DNA of 64,000 bases from Patescibacteria group bacterium (lineage in GTDB: Bacteria > Patescibacteriota > Microgenomatia > Levybacterales > UBA12049), in assembly GCA_038062115.1 (NCBI GenBank), contig JBBTXS010000009.1, positions 27,681-91,680 of the forward strand, read 5' to 3'. The notes beneath the pieces are model-generated. The model had not been told where the DNA came from. It worked only from the letters and a program-made list of their open reading frames with translations, and ran no database searches. The translations under genes were made by a program, and so were the position numbers. This document shows, in pieces, positions 1 to 8,545 of this stretch. Numbering within the stretch: the first letter of the stretch is position 1; the number at the start of each line of letters is the position of its first letter.

Positions 1-2
1 TG

Positions 3-215
3 GGAATAGACCTTATAAGAGATTGTGACGAGTATACGACATTTGGTATTGGCGGAGAGGAAAAATCTAAAATTTTTAAACATGCAATACTGCGAATCGG
101 AAACTGAAAACAATTTTTCGGCAGATATAAATTAAAGAATGCATAGAAAATCTGGGCAGAATCAGATGGTATTGGCAAAGGAGCAAGGTTTAGTTTTACC
201 CTAAAAGAGGCTTAA
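3..215 (+). pseudogene. Histidine kinase C-terminal (HATPase_c-like) remnant with two in-frame stops
   Basis: Frame 3 reads ...DEYTTFGIGGEEKSKIFKH...RIGN*KQFFGRYKLKNA*KIWAESDGIGKGARFSFTLKEA*. This resembles the HK G1 box and C-terminus. In-frame TGA at 105-107 and TAG at 144-146; the GxGLGL box is lost. Confidence 0.4.
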
Positions 216-225
216 TTAACATTAT

Positions 226-693
226 TCACCTTACCTTCCTTAACATTTTTACATAGTTATAACGGAGTGGTAACTGTTTAAACCTTAATCGCTTATACAG
301 TTGTTGCGCTTTCATGTTTGGGGCTGTTGCTATTACATACATTGCATTACAATCATTATCCTTTGCATGCTTTTCTAACCATGCGATAAAGGAGCTACCA
401 ATACCCTTGTTACGATACTCAGGCTTAACATATAATTCGTCTATCTCTCCATACAAACCACACAGTTCAACGCTAAATGCTTTAATAAATACCGCATATC
501 CAATAATTTCTTGGCCGTATACGGCAACAAACAGTTCAACCCATTTTCTATCAGGCGCAAAACGAAAGAGCTGTTTTATCTTTTCTTTATTAAGCCTGAG
601 TTCTTCTTTATCTTCCTTGTTTAATCCCCGCATTAGATGAACAACTTCTTCTTTTTCTTCAGGCAAAAATTCTCTAAAATAGATACTGTTCAT
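226..693 (-). CDS. GNAT family N-acetyltransferase
   Basis: 155-aa ORF with an acetyl-CoA-binding-like motif (VKPEYRNKGIGSSFIAWLEKHA) and GNAT-typical length. Confidence 0.75.
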   Translation of the reverse strand: MNSIYFREFLPEEKEEVVHLMRGLNKEDKEELRLNKEKIKQLFRFAPDRKWVELFVAVYGQEIIGYAVFIKAFSVELCGLYGEIDELYVKPEYRNKGIGSSFIAWLEKHAKDNDCNAMYVIATAPNMKAQQLYKRLRFKQLPLRYNYVKMLRKVR

Positions 694-712
694 AGAACAA
701 TTTGCATATTTG

Positions 713-837
713 ATACGAGTTTCGCAGTTCTAGTAGAATACCTACATGTCATTCCCGCGAAAGCGGGAATCTATACCAATAATTTATTTATATGGATTCC
801 GTGTCAAGCACGGAATGACAAATGTGCGAAACTCGTG
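713..837. mobile_element. MITE-like element, copy 1 of 2 identical 125-bp copies
   Basis: Terminal inverted repeats ACGAGTTTCGCA/TGCGAAACTCGT. Core 748-819 holds two GTCATTCC...GGAATGAC hairpins. Identical by eye to 46201-46325. Confidence 0.8.
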
Positions 838-889
838 TTTGAATTGTAACACAAATAAAAGAGGTGGAGGAAATAAATAGCAAAAGGTT

Positions 890-1270
890 TTATGCTTTTG
901 CAAACTTTTCTAAGTAGATTTTTACTTCTTGGATAAGGTTGCCGGGTGTAATTTGGCTTTTAATTAGATATCCTTCCCCTAGTTTTAGAGCCATTTTGAT
1001 TTCTTCATCTTTATCAAGATTTGTGAGAAATACGGTGCATTTGTTGGGGTTAATTGGTGGATCACTTTTAATGCGCTTCATTATCTCAAGACCGTCAATT
1101 TTGGGCATTATAATGTCTAACAGTATAAGGTCGTATCCCCCATCTTTTATTCTTTTTAGGCCTTCTTCTCCGTCAACAGCAGAATCAACAATATATCCCT
1201 CAGCTTTTAAAACATCTGCGTAGAGTTCTCTTAAAAATTGATCATCCTCAACAATCAATATTTTAGCCAT
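890..1270 (-). CDS. Single-domain response regulator (CheY-like receiver)
   Basis: MAKILIVEDDQ...LILLDIIMPKIDG...YLIKS receiver motifs. Start moved to ATG 1270 because the longer track ORF (to 1441) runs through the repeat at 1394-1484. Confidence 0.85.
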   Translation of the reverse strand: MAKILIVEDDQFLRELYADVLKAEGYIVDSAVDGEEGLKRIKDGGYDLILLDIIMPKIDGLEIMKRIKSDPPINPNKCTVFLTNLDKDEEIKMALKLGEGYLIKSQITPGNLIQEVKIYLEKFAKA

Positions 1271-1393
1271 ACCTATATATAGAATCGTAGCAATTGAAGA
1301 TATAAATGTCAATAACTTTCTCGAGATAGCGTACCAATTCTCGGTTGCTTTTTTGTTAAAACCTGTTTGAAAAGTAGTTGTTTTTCCTTCTCT

Positions 1394-1484
1394 GTCATTG
1401 CGAACCAGTCCGCAGACTGGTGTAGCAATCTCCAAATGCATGAGATTGCTTCGTCTCCGTCATCTGACGGATCCTCGCAATGAC
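1394..1484. repeat. GTCATTGCGA...TCGCAATGAC nested-palindrome element (subtype I)
   Basis: 10-bp outer stem, central GCAATCTC/GAGATTGC stem and two side hairpins. Same architecture as 30486-30562 and 31263-31343. Confidence 0.8.
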
Positions 1485-1630
1485 AAATACTTCACCTTCT
1501 ATCTTCTGTTAACAGAGGATACTTAAACGATTGTCTCAATATGTCAATCTGAATACAAGGATTTAGCAACCGGAAAACAATACGCTATCTTTCTCAATGT
1601 CCTTGAATACCACATGCAGGTGTAGTATTA

Positions 1631-2029
1631 TTGAGTAAGATGACAACAGTTGATCTTTCTTCTTACAAAAAATTATATCTTCAAACCGCTAAACAGTATA
1701 GCGATATTATATCAAAGAGTTACATTAAAATATTGCGAAACTCTTTGGACAAAGACGCATTGAAAAATATGTATATTAGCGCTCATTCCCTAAAAAGCCA
1801 AAGCCAAGCGATGGGATATGTAAAAATGACGGCTCTAAGTGGTATAATTGAGAAAACTATAAAAAATATTTTGGCCAATAATACTCAAATTCCCAACGAC
1901 TTAATGGTTGTTATTAAAGATGCAATAGAAAATGTTAAGCTTTCGTTGCGAAATATTCAAACAGAAAACAAAGAGAAAGATACAGATGTTATTAGTAAAA
2001 AGTTAGAAGAATATATTAGAAGGCTATGA
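1631..2029 (+). CDS. Stand-alone HPt (histidine phosphotransfer) domain protein
   Basis: ISAHSLKSQSQAMG matches the HPt H-box (AHxLKGxS-like). 132 aa. Its stop overlaps the next gene start (ATGA). Confidence 0.65.
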   Translation: MSKMTTVDLSSYKKLYLQTAKQYSDIISKSYIKILRNSLDKDALKNMYISAHSLKSQSQAMGYVKMTALSGIIEKTIKNILANNTQIPNDLMVVIKDAIENVKLSLRNIQTENKEKDTDVISKKLEEYIRRL

Positions 2030-2394
2030 AAGTATTGTTGATTGACGATGATAGATTTTTCCAAAAGTTCTATTCAGCTAAATTAAGAGAGCAAAACATA
2101 GAAGTTGATGTGGCATCAGATGGAGAAGAAGGCTTGCTAAAAATGCAGAGCATAAATCCAAATGTAGTTTTGCTTGATTTAATCATGCCAAAAAAAGATG
2201 GGTTTTCGGTGCTCGAAGCTCGGCAAATGGATGAAAATCTTAAAAAAATTCCAGTGATTGTTTTTTCTACATTAGGCCAAGAGAAAGATTTAGAAAAAGC
2301 AAAAAACTTGGGCGCAACAGATTATATTAATAAAAGTTTTTTTAATTTTGATGAAATGATGGTTAAAATTAGTAAGCATCATAACATTTATTAA
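2026..2394 (+). CDS. Single-domain response regulator (receiver)
   Basis: MKVLLIDDD...VVLLDLIMPKKDG...YINKS receiver motifs. Translationally coupled to the HPt gene. Confidence 0.85.
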   Translation: MKVLLIDDDRFFQKFYSAKLREQNIEVDVASDGEEGLLKMQSINPNVVLLDLIMPKKDGFSVLEARQMDENLKKIPVIVFSTLGQEKDLEKAKNLGATDYINKSFFNFDEMMVKISKHHNIY

Positions 2395-2403
2395 AACTGC
2401 CCT

Positions 2404-4089
2404 ATGCTTATTACAGATGAACAATTAAAATCGCTAATTTTGCATACTGGCATTACCGATAAGGCGGGTTTCGAAAAAATTGAAAAATATGCCAAAAATG
2501 CAGATATAAGTGTTAGCGATGCTTTGGTTGAGAAGGATATTATATCGGATGAGAATTTAGGTTTACTGATTTCAGATTTTCTAAAATTCCCCTTTGTAGT
2601 TTTGGCAAAAAAAAGTATCCCTAGTGAAGTCTTCCATATAATTCCAGAGAAAATAGCAAGAAAACAAAAAGTAATACCATTTGAGCTCGACGCAAATGGA
2701 GTTAAGCTCGCCATGGCTGATCCTTCTAGTAAAGAAGTGCAAGAAATGATCTCCAAAAAAATAGAAATGCCTGTTATTCCGTTTCTTGCAACAGAACAAG
2801 ACATTTATAACACTCTTCGAATATATAGAAAAAATCTGCAGGCATCCTTTGACGCTATGCTTAAAAAAGAACTTGGGCCAACAGATATCTTGGCTGGCAG
2901 GAATATACCCATAGCAAAGCTTGTTGATCTACTTATTAATTATGCCTATCAAGATAGGGCATCGGATATTCACATAGAGCCAGAGGAAAAATACTCACTG
3001 GTTAGGCTTAGAATTGATGGAATTTTGCAAGATGTTCTATTTTTGCCAAAAACCCTTCACGATCAGATAATAACAAGAATTAAGATTTTATCAAGACTAC
3101 GTACTGATGAACATCTTGCTCCACAAGATGGAAAAATGAGAATGGTTTTCGATAAAGAAGCAATAGACATAAGAGTTTCGATACTACCAATAACAGATGG
3201 TGAGAAAGCAGCACTTAGGTTACTAACGTCAAGGTTTGGAAAATTCTCACTCACTGATTTAGGAATGAATGAAAACGATTTAAAAAAAATTACCAAAGCG
3301 TACAGCAAATCGTATGGTATGATTTTGTCTACTGGTCCTACAGGATCGGGAAAAACAACAAGTATTTATGCAGTTCTTAAAATATTAAACACGCGCGAGA
3401 AAAATATTACCACAGTTGAAGATCCAGTAGAATATAAAATTAAAGGCGTTAATCAGATTAATGTCAACCCAAAGACAAATCTTACTTTTGCAAGTGGACT
3501 AAGGTCCATTCTTAGACAAGACCCAAACATAATTTTTGTTGGAGAAATTAGAGATATCGATACAGCAAGTATTGCGGTTAATGCCTCACTAACTGGTCAC
3601 TTGGTTCTTTCCACCCTTCATACAAATGATGCAGCAACAGCTCTTCCGCGCCTCATAGACATGAATGTTGAACCTTTCCTAGTTGCCTCCACTATAAATG
3701 TAATTATTGCCCAAAGATTAGTTAGAAAAATTTGCGAGATCTGTAAAGCTACACGTCCAATAACCGAGGAAGAACTGATGAAAAACTTGCCTAAAGATGT
3801 AGTCAAAAAACACTTTGGCAATAAGCAAAACATTACAATATACCAAGGAGATGGTTGCAAAATCTGTTATTCTACGGGGTATGCAGGCAGAATAGGCGTA
3901 TTTGAAGTTTTAGAAGTAACCCGAACGATTCGAGAATTAATTGTAAGAAGAAGTGATTCCGATGTAATTGCAGCCAAAGCGATAGAAGAAGGAATGACAA
4001 CAATGCTTGATGATGGATTAGATAAAGTAATAAAAGGTATAACTACGATAGAAGAGGTGCTTAGGGTTACTAGAATAGAACCTATGTAA
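2404..4089 (+). CDS. pilB: Type IV pilus assembly ATPase PilB/GspE family
   Basis: Walker A GPTGSGKTT, Asp and His boxes, C-terminal tetracysteine (CEICK...CKICYSTG), N-terminal T2SSE_N-like region. Confidence 0.9.
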   Translation: MLITDEQLKSLILHTGITDKAGFEKIEKYAKNADISVSDALVEKDIISDENLGLLISDFLKFPFVVLAKKSIPSEVFHIIPEKIARKQKVIPFELDANGVKLAMADPSSKEVQEMISKKIEMPVIPFLATEQDIYNTLRIYRKNLQASFDAMLKKELGPTDILAGRNIPIAKLVDLLINYAYQDRASDIHIEPEEKYSLVRLRIDGILQDVLFLPKTLHDQIITRIKILSRLRTDEHLAPQDGKMRMVFDKEAIDIRVSILPITDGEKAALRLLTSRFGKFSLTDLGMNENDLKKITKAYSKSYGMILSTGPTGSGKTTSIYAVLKILNTREKNITTVEDPVEYKIKGVNQINVNPKTNLTFASGLRSILRQDPNIIFVGEIRDIDTASIAVNASLTGHLVLSTLHTNDAATALPRLIDMNVEPFLVASTINVIIAQRLVRKICEICKATRPITEEELMKNLPKDVVKKHFGNKQNITIYQGDGCKICYSTGYAGRIGVFEVLEVTRTIRELIVRRSDSDVIAAKAIEEGMTTMLDDGLDKVIKGITTIEEVLRVTRIEPM

Positions 4090-4099
4090 ACTTTATAAA

Positions 4100-5155
4100 A
4101 TGAAAACAGAAAATATTTCTCTTTCAAATAAAGATAAGTTAGGTCTTTTAAGCAATCTTTCTACAATGCTGTCTGCTGGAATGCCGCTTCTTGAAACAGT
4201 AGAGGCTTTGCTTGAAGATTCTAAAGGGAGTCAAAAAAAACTATTAGAAACCTTGAGAGGCGATTTAACTCAAGGAAAACACATCTACTTTACATTTTAT
4301 AAATTCCCAAACATTTTTTCCAAAGTTACCACAAATCTTATTAAAGCATCAGAGGAGACGGGAACGTTGGATGTTACGTTAAAAGATATAAAAAACAATA
4401 TGAAAAAAGATATGGAATTTACCGACAAAATAAAGTCAGCTATGATCTACCCAATGTTTGTTGTCATTGTATTTTTTATAGTACTTCTTATGATTCTTAT
4501 AGTAGTGGTGCCTAAAATTGCCTCTGTTTTTTCAAGACTCAACGTTACTTTACCGCTCCCAACCAAAATATTGATTTTTATGTCAAATACAATAGTACAC
4601 AATACAATTCCAGTTATCATATTAACTGCGATTTTTATAATTGGAGTCTATTTTTTGTATAATAAGCAAAAGAAATGGATTCTTGGTATTTTTCTTAAAC
4701 TTCCATTATTGTCAAACTTATCCCGCGATATTGATTTGACTATATTTTCAAGAAGCTTGTATTTACTTTTAAGCGCTGGTATTCCTATATCAACTGCTTT
4801 GGAACTTGCAGAGGATGTTGTATTTAATAAAGATATTGCTATGGCTATTAGACACACCAAAGACCTAGTAATGGGAGGCAAAAAGATTGCAGAAGGTTTT
4901 AAAGATAGAAAGACAGTTTTTCCAACAATAATGATAAGAATTACAGAAGCTGGAGAGAGAAGTGGTTCTTTAGATAAATCATTGGAGGAGGTCTCGGAAT
5001 TTCTGGACTACCAGGTTTCGGGAAGATTAAAAACAGTAACTGCTTTGCTTGAACCGATATTATTAGTAGTTATGGGGGGAATGGTTGGGGGAATGATGCT
5101 AGCAATAATTGCGCCAATTTATGGACTTATTGGCCAGGTAGGAAGTGCTAGATAA
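4100..5155 (+). CDS. pilC: Type IV pilus platform protein PilC/GspF family
   Basis: 351-aa polytopic protein with duplicated GspF-type repeats (ASEETG.L / ITEAGERSGSLD), directly after pilB. Confidence 0.85.
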   Translation: MKTENISLSNKDKLGLLSNLSTMLSAGMPLLETVEALLEDSKGSQKKLLETLRGDLTQGKHIYFTFYKFPNIFSKVTTNLIKASEETGTLDVTLKDIKNNMKKDMEFTDKIKSAMIYPMFVVIVFFIVLLMILIVVVPKIASVFSRLNVTLPLPTKILIFMSNTIVHNTIPVIILTAIFIIGVYFLYNKQKKWILGIFLKLPLLSNLSRDIDLTIFSRSLYLLLSAGIPISTALELAEDVVFNKDIAMAIRHTKDLVMGGKKIAEGFKDRKTVFPTIMIRITEAGERSGSLDKSLEEVSEFLDYQVSGRLKTVTALLEPILLVVMGGMVGGMMLAIIAPIYGLIGQVGSAR

Positions 5156-5704
5156 ATGATAAAAATACATTCTTTAAAACCTTTTGTGTCATTCCCGCGA
5201 AAGCGGGAATCTAGTCCTCGATCTAGTCGAGGATCGATCAAGTCGAGAATGACAAGCGGGTTTTCTTTGGTAGAGTTGATCCTTGTAATGAGCATAATGG
5301 CGACCTTAATTGGTTTGATAACCATTAATTTAGCAGGCATACAACAGAGAGCTTCTTTAACTTCTATTGTCCAAAATCTTATCTCGGATATTAGACAACA
5401 GCAAATAAAAGCAATGATTGGAGATACCGAAGGAAGACCAACTGCTTCCGCATACGGTATTCATATTGACTCTAACCAGTATGTGCTCTTCAATGGTACA
5501 TCATATGATGCTTTGGATCCATCTAACTTTAAAGTCAGTTTGCCAAGTAATATGCAATTTATATCTCCAGGCTCAAATATTATTTTTTCTAGAGTTAGTG
5601 GTGATATTTCTGCTGCCGCCTCAATCCAATTACAGGACACTACGAATAGCAATACAAAGACAATTCAGATTAATAAGTATGGCGTAATAACATCGGTAAA
5701 CTAG
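5156..5704 (+). CDS. Type IV pilin-like protein (pseudopilin); alternative start ATG 5249
   Basis: Prepilin signature MTSG|FSLVELILV (E at +5). The ORF is open from 5156 (GGAAG upstream) through the repeat. ATG 5249 lies inside the repeat terminus AATGAC. Confidence 0.8.
   Translation: MIKIHSLKPFVSFPRKRESSPRSSRGSIKSRMTSGFSLVELILVMSIMATLIGLITINLAGIQQRASLTSIVQNLISDIRQQQIKAMIGDTEGRPTASAYGIHIDSNQYVLFNGTSYDALDPSNFKVSLPSNMQFISPGSNIIFSRVSGDISAAASIQLQDTTNSNTKTIQINKYGVITSVN
5188..5253. repeat. GTCATTCCCGCGAAAGCGGGAATC...GAGAATGAC element (subtype III)
   Basis: Two adjacent hairpins bounded by GTCATT (5188) and AATGAC (5248-5253). Lies between pilC and the mature pseudopilin coding region. Confidence 0.8.
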
Positions 5705-5705
5705 C

Positions 5706-7652
5706 ATGAAAAATTTTCAAAGAGGACAATCTCTTGTAGAGTTATTATTGGCTATTGGTTTAAGTGCAATTTTATTGCCTGCACTACTTACTGGTTTCTT
5801 AGCGTCAAGAGAAGGAAAAGCGCAACATTCCCAAAGAACAGAAGCAGTTTCACTTTTAAAAACAACAGTTGCGGCTGTAAGAAGTGTACGTGAAAAAGCC
5901 TGGGACTCCTTTGCTACAAATGGAACTTTTCATCCCGAAGTTGCTGGGTCTTCATGGACACTTGTTGTTGGAAGCGATACGATAAATGGCTTTACAAGAC
6001 AAGTTGATATTAGCGATGTAAAAAGAGATGTAAATGGAGCTATTGCGTTAGCGGGCACTACAGACACATCAACTAAAAAAGTTGTAATTACAGTATCTTG
6101 GGGAGCACCCTACCCATCTTCTATAAACTCCACCTTGTACATGACTCGCTATTTAGGCAATAATGCATTCCTTCAAACAACAGTAGCAGATTTTAACTTG
6201 GGCACAAGGTCAGCAACAGTAGTAACTAACAATAGCGGCGGAGAAATAACATTGGGACCAGTAGGTCTTCGTGCTGACTGGTGTACTCCTAGTCTTACAA
6301 TTGCTGCTTTGGATTTACCCAAAAGTGGAGTTGCAAATGCATTAACCGCAATTGAGGGCAGAGCATTTGCTGGCACTGGAGACAATGCGTCAGGAATCTC
6401 TTTTGCAAAAGTTTCCATTAGTAATGCAAATCCTCCTGTTTCAGCAATTTCTGCAACATTTGACGGATACAAAACTAATGGAGTTTTTGGCGAAACAAAT
6501 TATGCATATCTTGCAACAGATAATAATTTTAAAGAAATTGTTATTATTGATCTTAATAATATTGTTGCGGGTAAATACCAAGAAGCAGGTTTCTTTAATG
6601 CACCAGGCAATGGTGATGGCAATAGCCTATTTGTTTCTGGAAATACTGGGTATATGATCCATGAGAACGGTGGCAATAAGTTGTATTCGTTCGATCTTTC
6701 TAGCAAATCTGGTTCTCGACCTATTTTAGACCCCGATGGAGTAACACTTGCTGGCGATGGAAACAAAGTATACATTGTTGGTTCTTATGCATACGTTGCA
6801 ACTTCTTCAACCACAAATCAACTGCAGATTTTTAATATTAGCAATCCAAACAATTTAACATTAGAAGGACAAACTGGTTCTCTTAACGATCAGGGGGCAA
6901 AAGACGTGTTTGTGAACTCATCTCAAACTCGCGCATATGTTGTAACCTCTGCGTCCTCTACTCAAAAGGAGTTTTTCATTATTGATGTCTCAAATAAAAC
7001 TAGTCCAGTCCTAGTTAGCGGTGGAAGTTACGAAACAAGTGAAATGAGCCCAAAAGGAGTGACTGTTGTTACCAACAATAAAGCAGTTATTGTTGGGACT
7101 GGTGGGGAAGAATACCAAGTTATAAATATTCAAACTGAATCAAGTCCAACTAGGTGTGGAGGATTAAACGTAGATACTGGAATAAACGGAGTTTCTTCCG
7201 TAGTAGAAGCAGATAGCGATGCGTATTCCTATATTATTACTGGTGATGTAACTGCTGAATTTAAAATTGTTGAGGGAGGGCCGGGTGGACTTTTTGGGAA
7301 CTTGGGAGACTTTACTTCCAGTGCGATTGATGCTGGATACCCATCATCATTTAATAGATTTGACGTATCTGTGATAAGACCAGCCCAAACAGATATTAAA
7401 TTTCAGGTTGCGACTTCTGATCCAGTAGGCGGAAGCTGTAATGGCGCAGCCTATACATTTGTTGGTCCACCAGATGCTACTCCTAGTACTTATTTTGAAA
7501 CTTTGGTAAATGCTGCTTTGACAAATTATAGTTATACAATACCTCTTTCTTTAAGCCCTAAGCGTTGCTTTAAGTATAAAGCATATTTATCGACCCAAGA
7601 CATTGCTTCGGCGCCGACTTTATACGATGTTACTTTGAATTATGCCCCATAG
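5706..7652 (+). CDS. Large pilin-like protein: prepilin N-terminus fused to a repeated beta-propeller-like (LVIVD-like) region
   Basis: N-terminus MKNFQRG|QSLVELLL (E+5). Four or more repeats of the type YAYVATSSTTNQLQIFNISNPNNLTLEG / RAYVVTS..KEFFIIDVSNKTSPVLV. Confidence 0.7.
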   Translation: MKNFQRGQSLVELLLAIGLSAILLPALLTGFLASREGKAQHSQRTEAVSLLKTTVAAVRSVREKAWDSFATNGTFHPEVAGSSWTLVVGSDTINGFTRQVDISDVKRDVNGAIALAGTTDTSTKKVVITVSWGAPYPSSINSTLYMTRYLGNNAFLQTTVADFNLGTRSATVVTNNSGGEITLGPVGLRADWCTPSLTIAALDLPKSGVANALTAIEGRAFAGTGDNASGISFAKVSISNANPPVSAISATFDGYKTNGVFGETNYAYLATDNNFKEIVIIDLNNIVAGKYQEAGFFNAPGNGDGNSLFVSGNTGYMIHENGGNKLYSFDLSSKSGSRPILDPDGVTLAGDGNKVYIVGSYAYVATSSTTNQLQIFNISNPNNLTLEGQTGSLNDQGAKDVFVNSSQTRAYVVTSASSTQKEFFIIDVSNKTSPVLVSGGSYETSEMSPKGVTVVTNNKAVIVGTGGEEYQVINIQTESSPTRCGGLNVDTGINGVSSVVEADSDAYSYIITGDVTAEFKIVEGGPGGLFGNLGDFTSSAIDAGYPSSFNRFDVSVIRPAQTDIKFQVATSDPVGGSCNGAAYTFVGPPDATPSTYFETLVNAALTNYSYTIPLSLSPKRCFKYKAYLSTQDIASAPTLYDVTLNYAP

Positions 7653-7660
7653 AATAATAT

Positions 7661-8164
7661 ATGAAAAATAATAAAGGTTTTACAATTGTCGAGCTGATTT
7701 TATACATGGGTATTTTGTCTGTTCTTCTTTCTATATTGGTTTCCATTTTTGTTACTGCTTTGGATGTCCAGTTGGAATCCGAAGCAGCCTCCAGTGTAGA
7801 GAGAGACGGAACCTATATTTTGGCAAAGCTTTCTTATGATATTCATCGCGCAAGCAGTATAAGTATACCTGCATCTTTAGGTTCGCAAACAAATAATTTT
7901 AAAATAGTGGTTGGGGGCGTAGACTATACTTATGGTTTAGATGGAAGTGAAAATCTTACGCTCAATAATAATTTGGGAACAAATAATCTCAATAGTTATG
8001 ACTCTAAGGTTTCGGGATTATTGGCAAAGCGATTGGGCAATGCTGGAGGAGTTGAAGATACGTTAAAAATCAATTTTACTATCACAAGTCGCACAAAAAG
8101 GACAGGGACTGCGGGATATGAAGCAAAAGATTTTGAGACAAATCTTTCATTAAGGAAACAATAA
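7661..8164 (+). CDS. Type IV pilin-like protein (minor pilin)
   Basis: MKNNKG|FTIVELILYMGIL prepilin signature. 167 aa. Confidence 0.8.
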   Translation: MKNNKGFTIVELILYMGILSVLLSILVSIFVTALDVQLESEAASSVERDGTYILAKLSYDIHRASSISIPASLGSQTNNFKIVVGGVDYTYGLDGSENLTLNNNLGTNNLNSYDSKVSGLLAKRLGNAGGVEDTLKINFTITSRTKRTGTAGYEAKDFETNLSLRKQ

Positions 8165-8544
8165 TGCAAAATCACAAATCACAAAAGGGGCAGGCTTTAA
8201 TTACTCTTATATTTTTTGTTCTTATTGCAATTACTATAACATCTGGAGCAATAATAATGATTGCTGTAAATTCTACGTCTATTGGTAAGTTACAAGAAGG
8301 AAGCATTTCTTACGATGTTGCAGAAGCAGGAATTGAAAACGGTCTTTTGAGATTACTTAGAAACCCAAACTACACTGGAGAAACATTACCAATAGATACG
8401 GCAACAGTGGTTATTACTGTTAGCGGTAGCAATCCCAAAACAATAGTAGCAGTTGGAACAAACGGCAATTTTAAACGAACAGTTCAGGCGCAAATGACTT
8501 ATAGCGGTGGCTATTACACACTTTCGGGTTGGAGGGAAATTTAA
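8164..8544 (+). CDS. PilX/GspK-like minor pilin lacking Glu+5
   Basis: MQNHKSQKG|QALITLIFFVLIAI hydrophobic N-terminus without E5. The start overlaps the previous stop. Confidence 0.6.
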   Translation: MQNHKSQKGQALITLIFFVLIAITITSGAIIMIAVNSTSIGKLQEGSISYDVAEAGIENGLLRLLRNPNYTGETLPIDTATVVITVSGSNPKTIVAVGTNGNFKRTVQAQMTYSGGYYTLSGWREI

Positions 8545-8545
8545 T

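Noticed and set aside
105-146. Possible stop-codon reassignment (in-frame TGA and TAG in the kinase remnant; in-frame TAG at 58600)
   Set aside because: TGA, TAG and TAA all terminate well-conserved genes at the expected lengths. TGA ends the HPt gene in an ATGA overlap at 2026-2029 and ends rpsO. TAG ends lepA, groES and three pilin genes. The interrupted genes also show other decay features, so pseudogenes are the simpler reading.
890-1441. N-terminal extensions proposed by the ORF track (890-1441, 24937-25614, 29510-30517, 20478-23201, 44397-46109, 33726-34253)
   Set aside because: The extensions are not part of the conserved protein families and several are translations of the GTCATT repeat elements. 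Internal ATGs give canonical N-termini (MAKILIVEDD, MKKLLIATTNKGK, MKLYKNF, MFSFLNKFF, MPRDFLNK).
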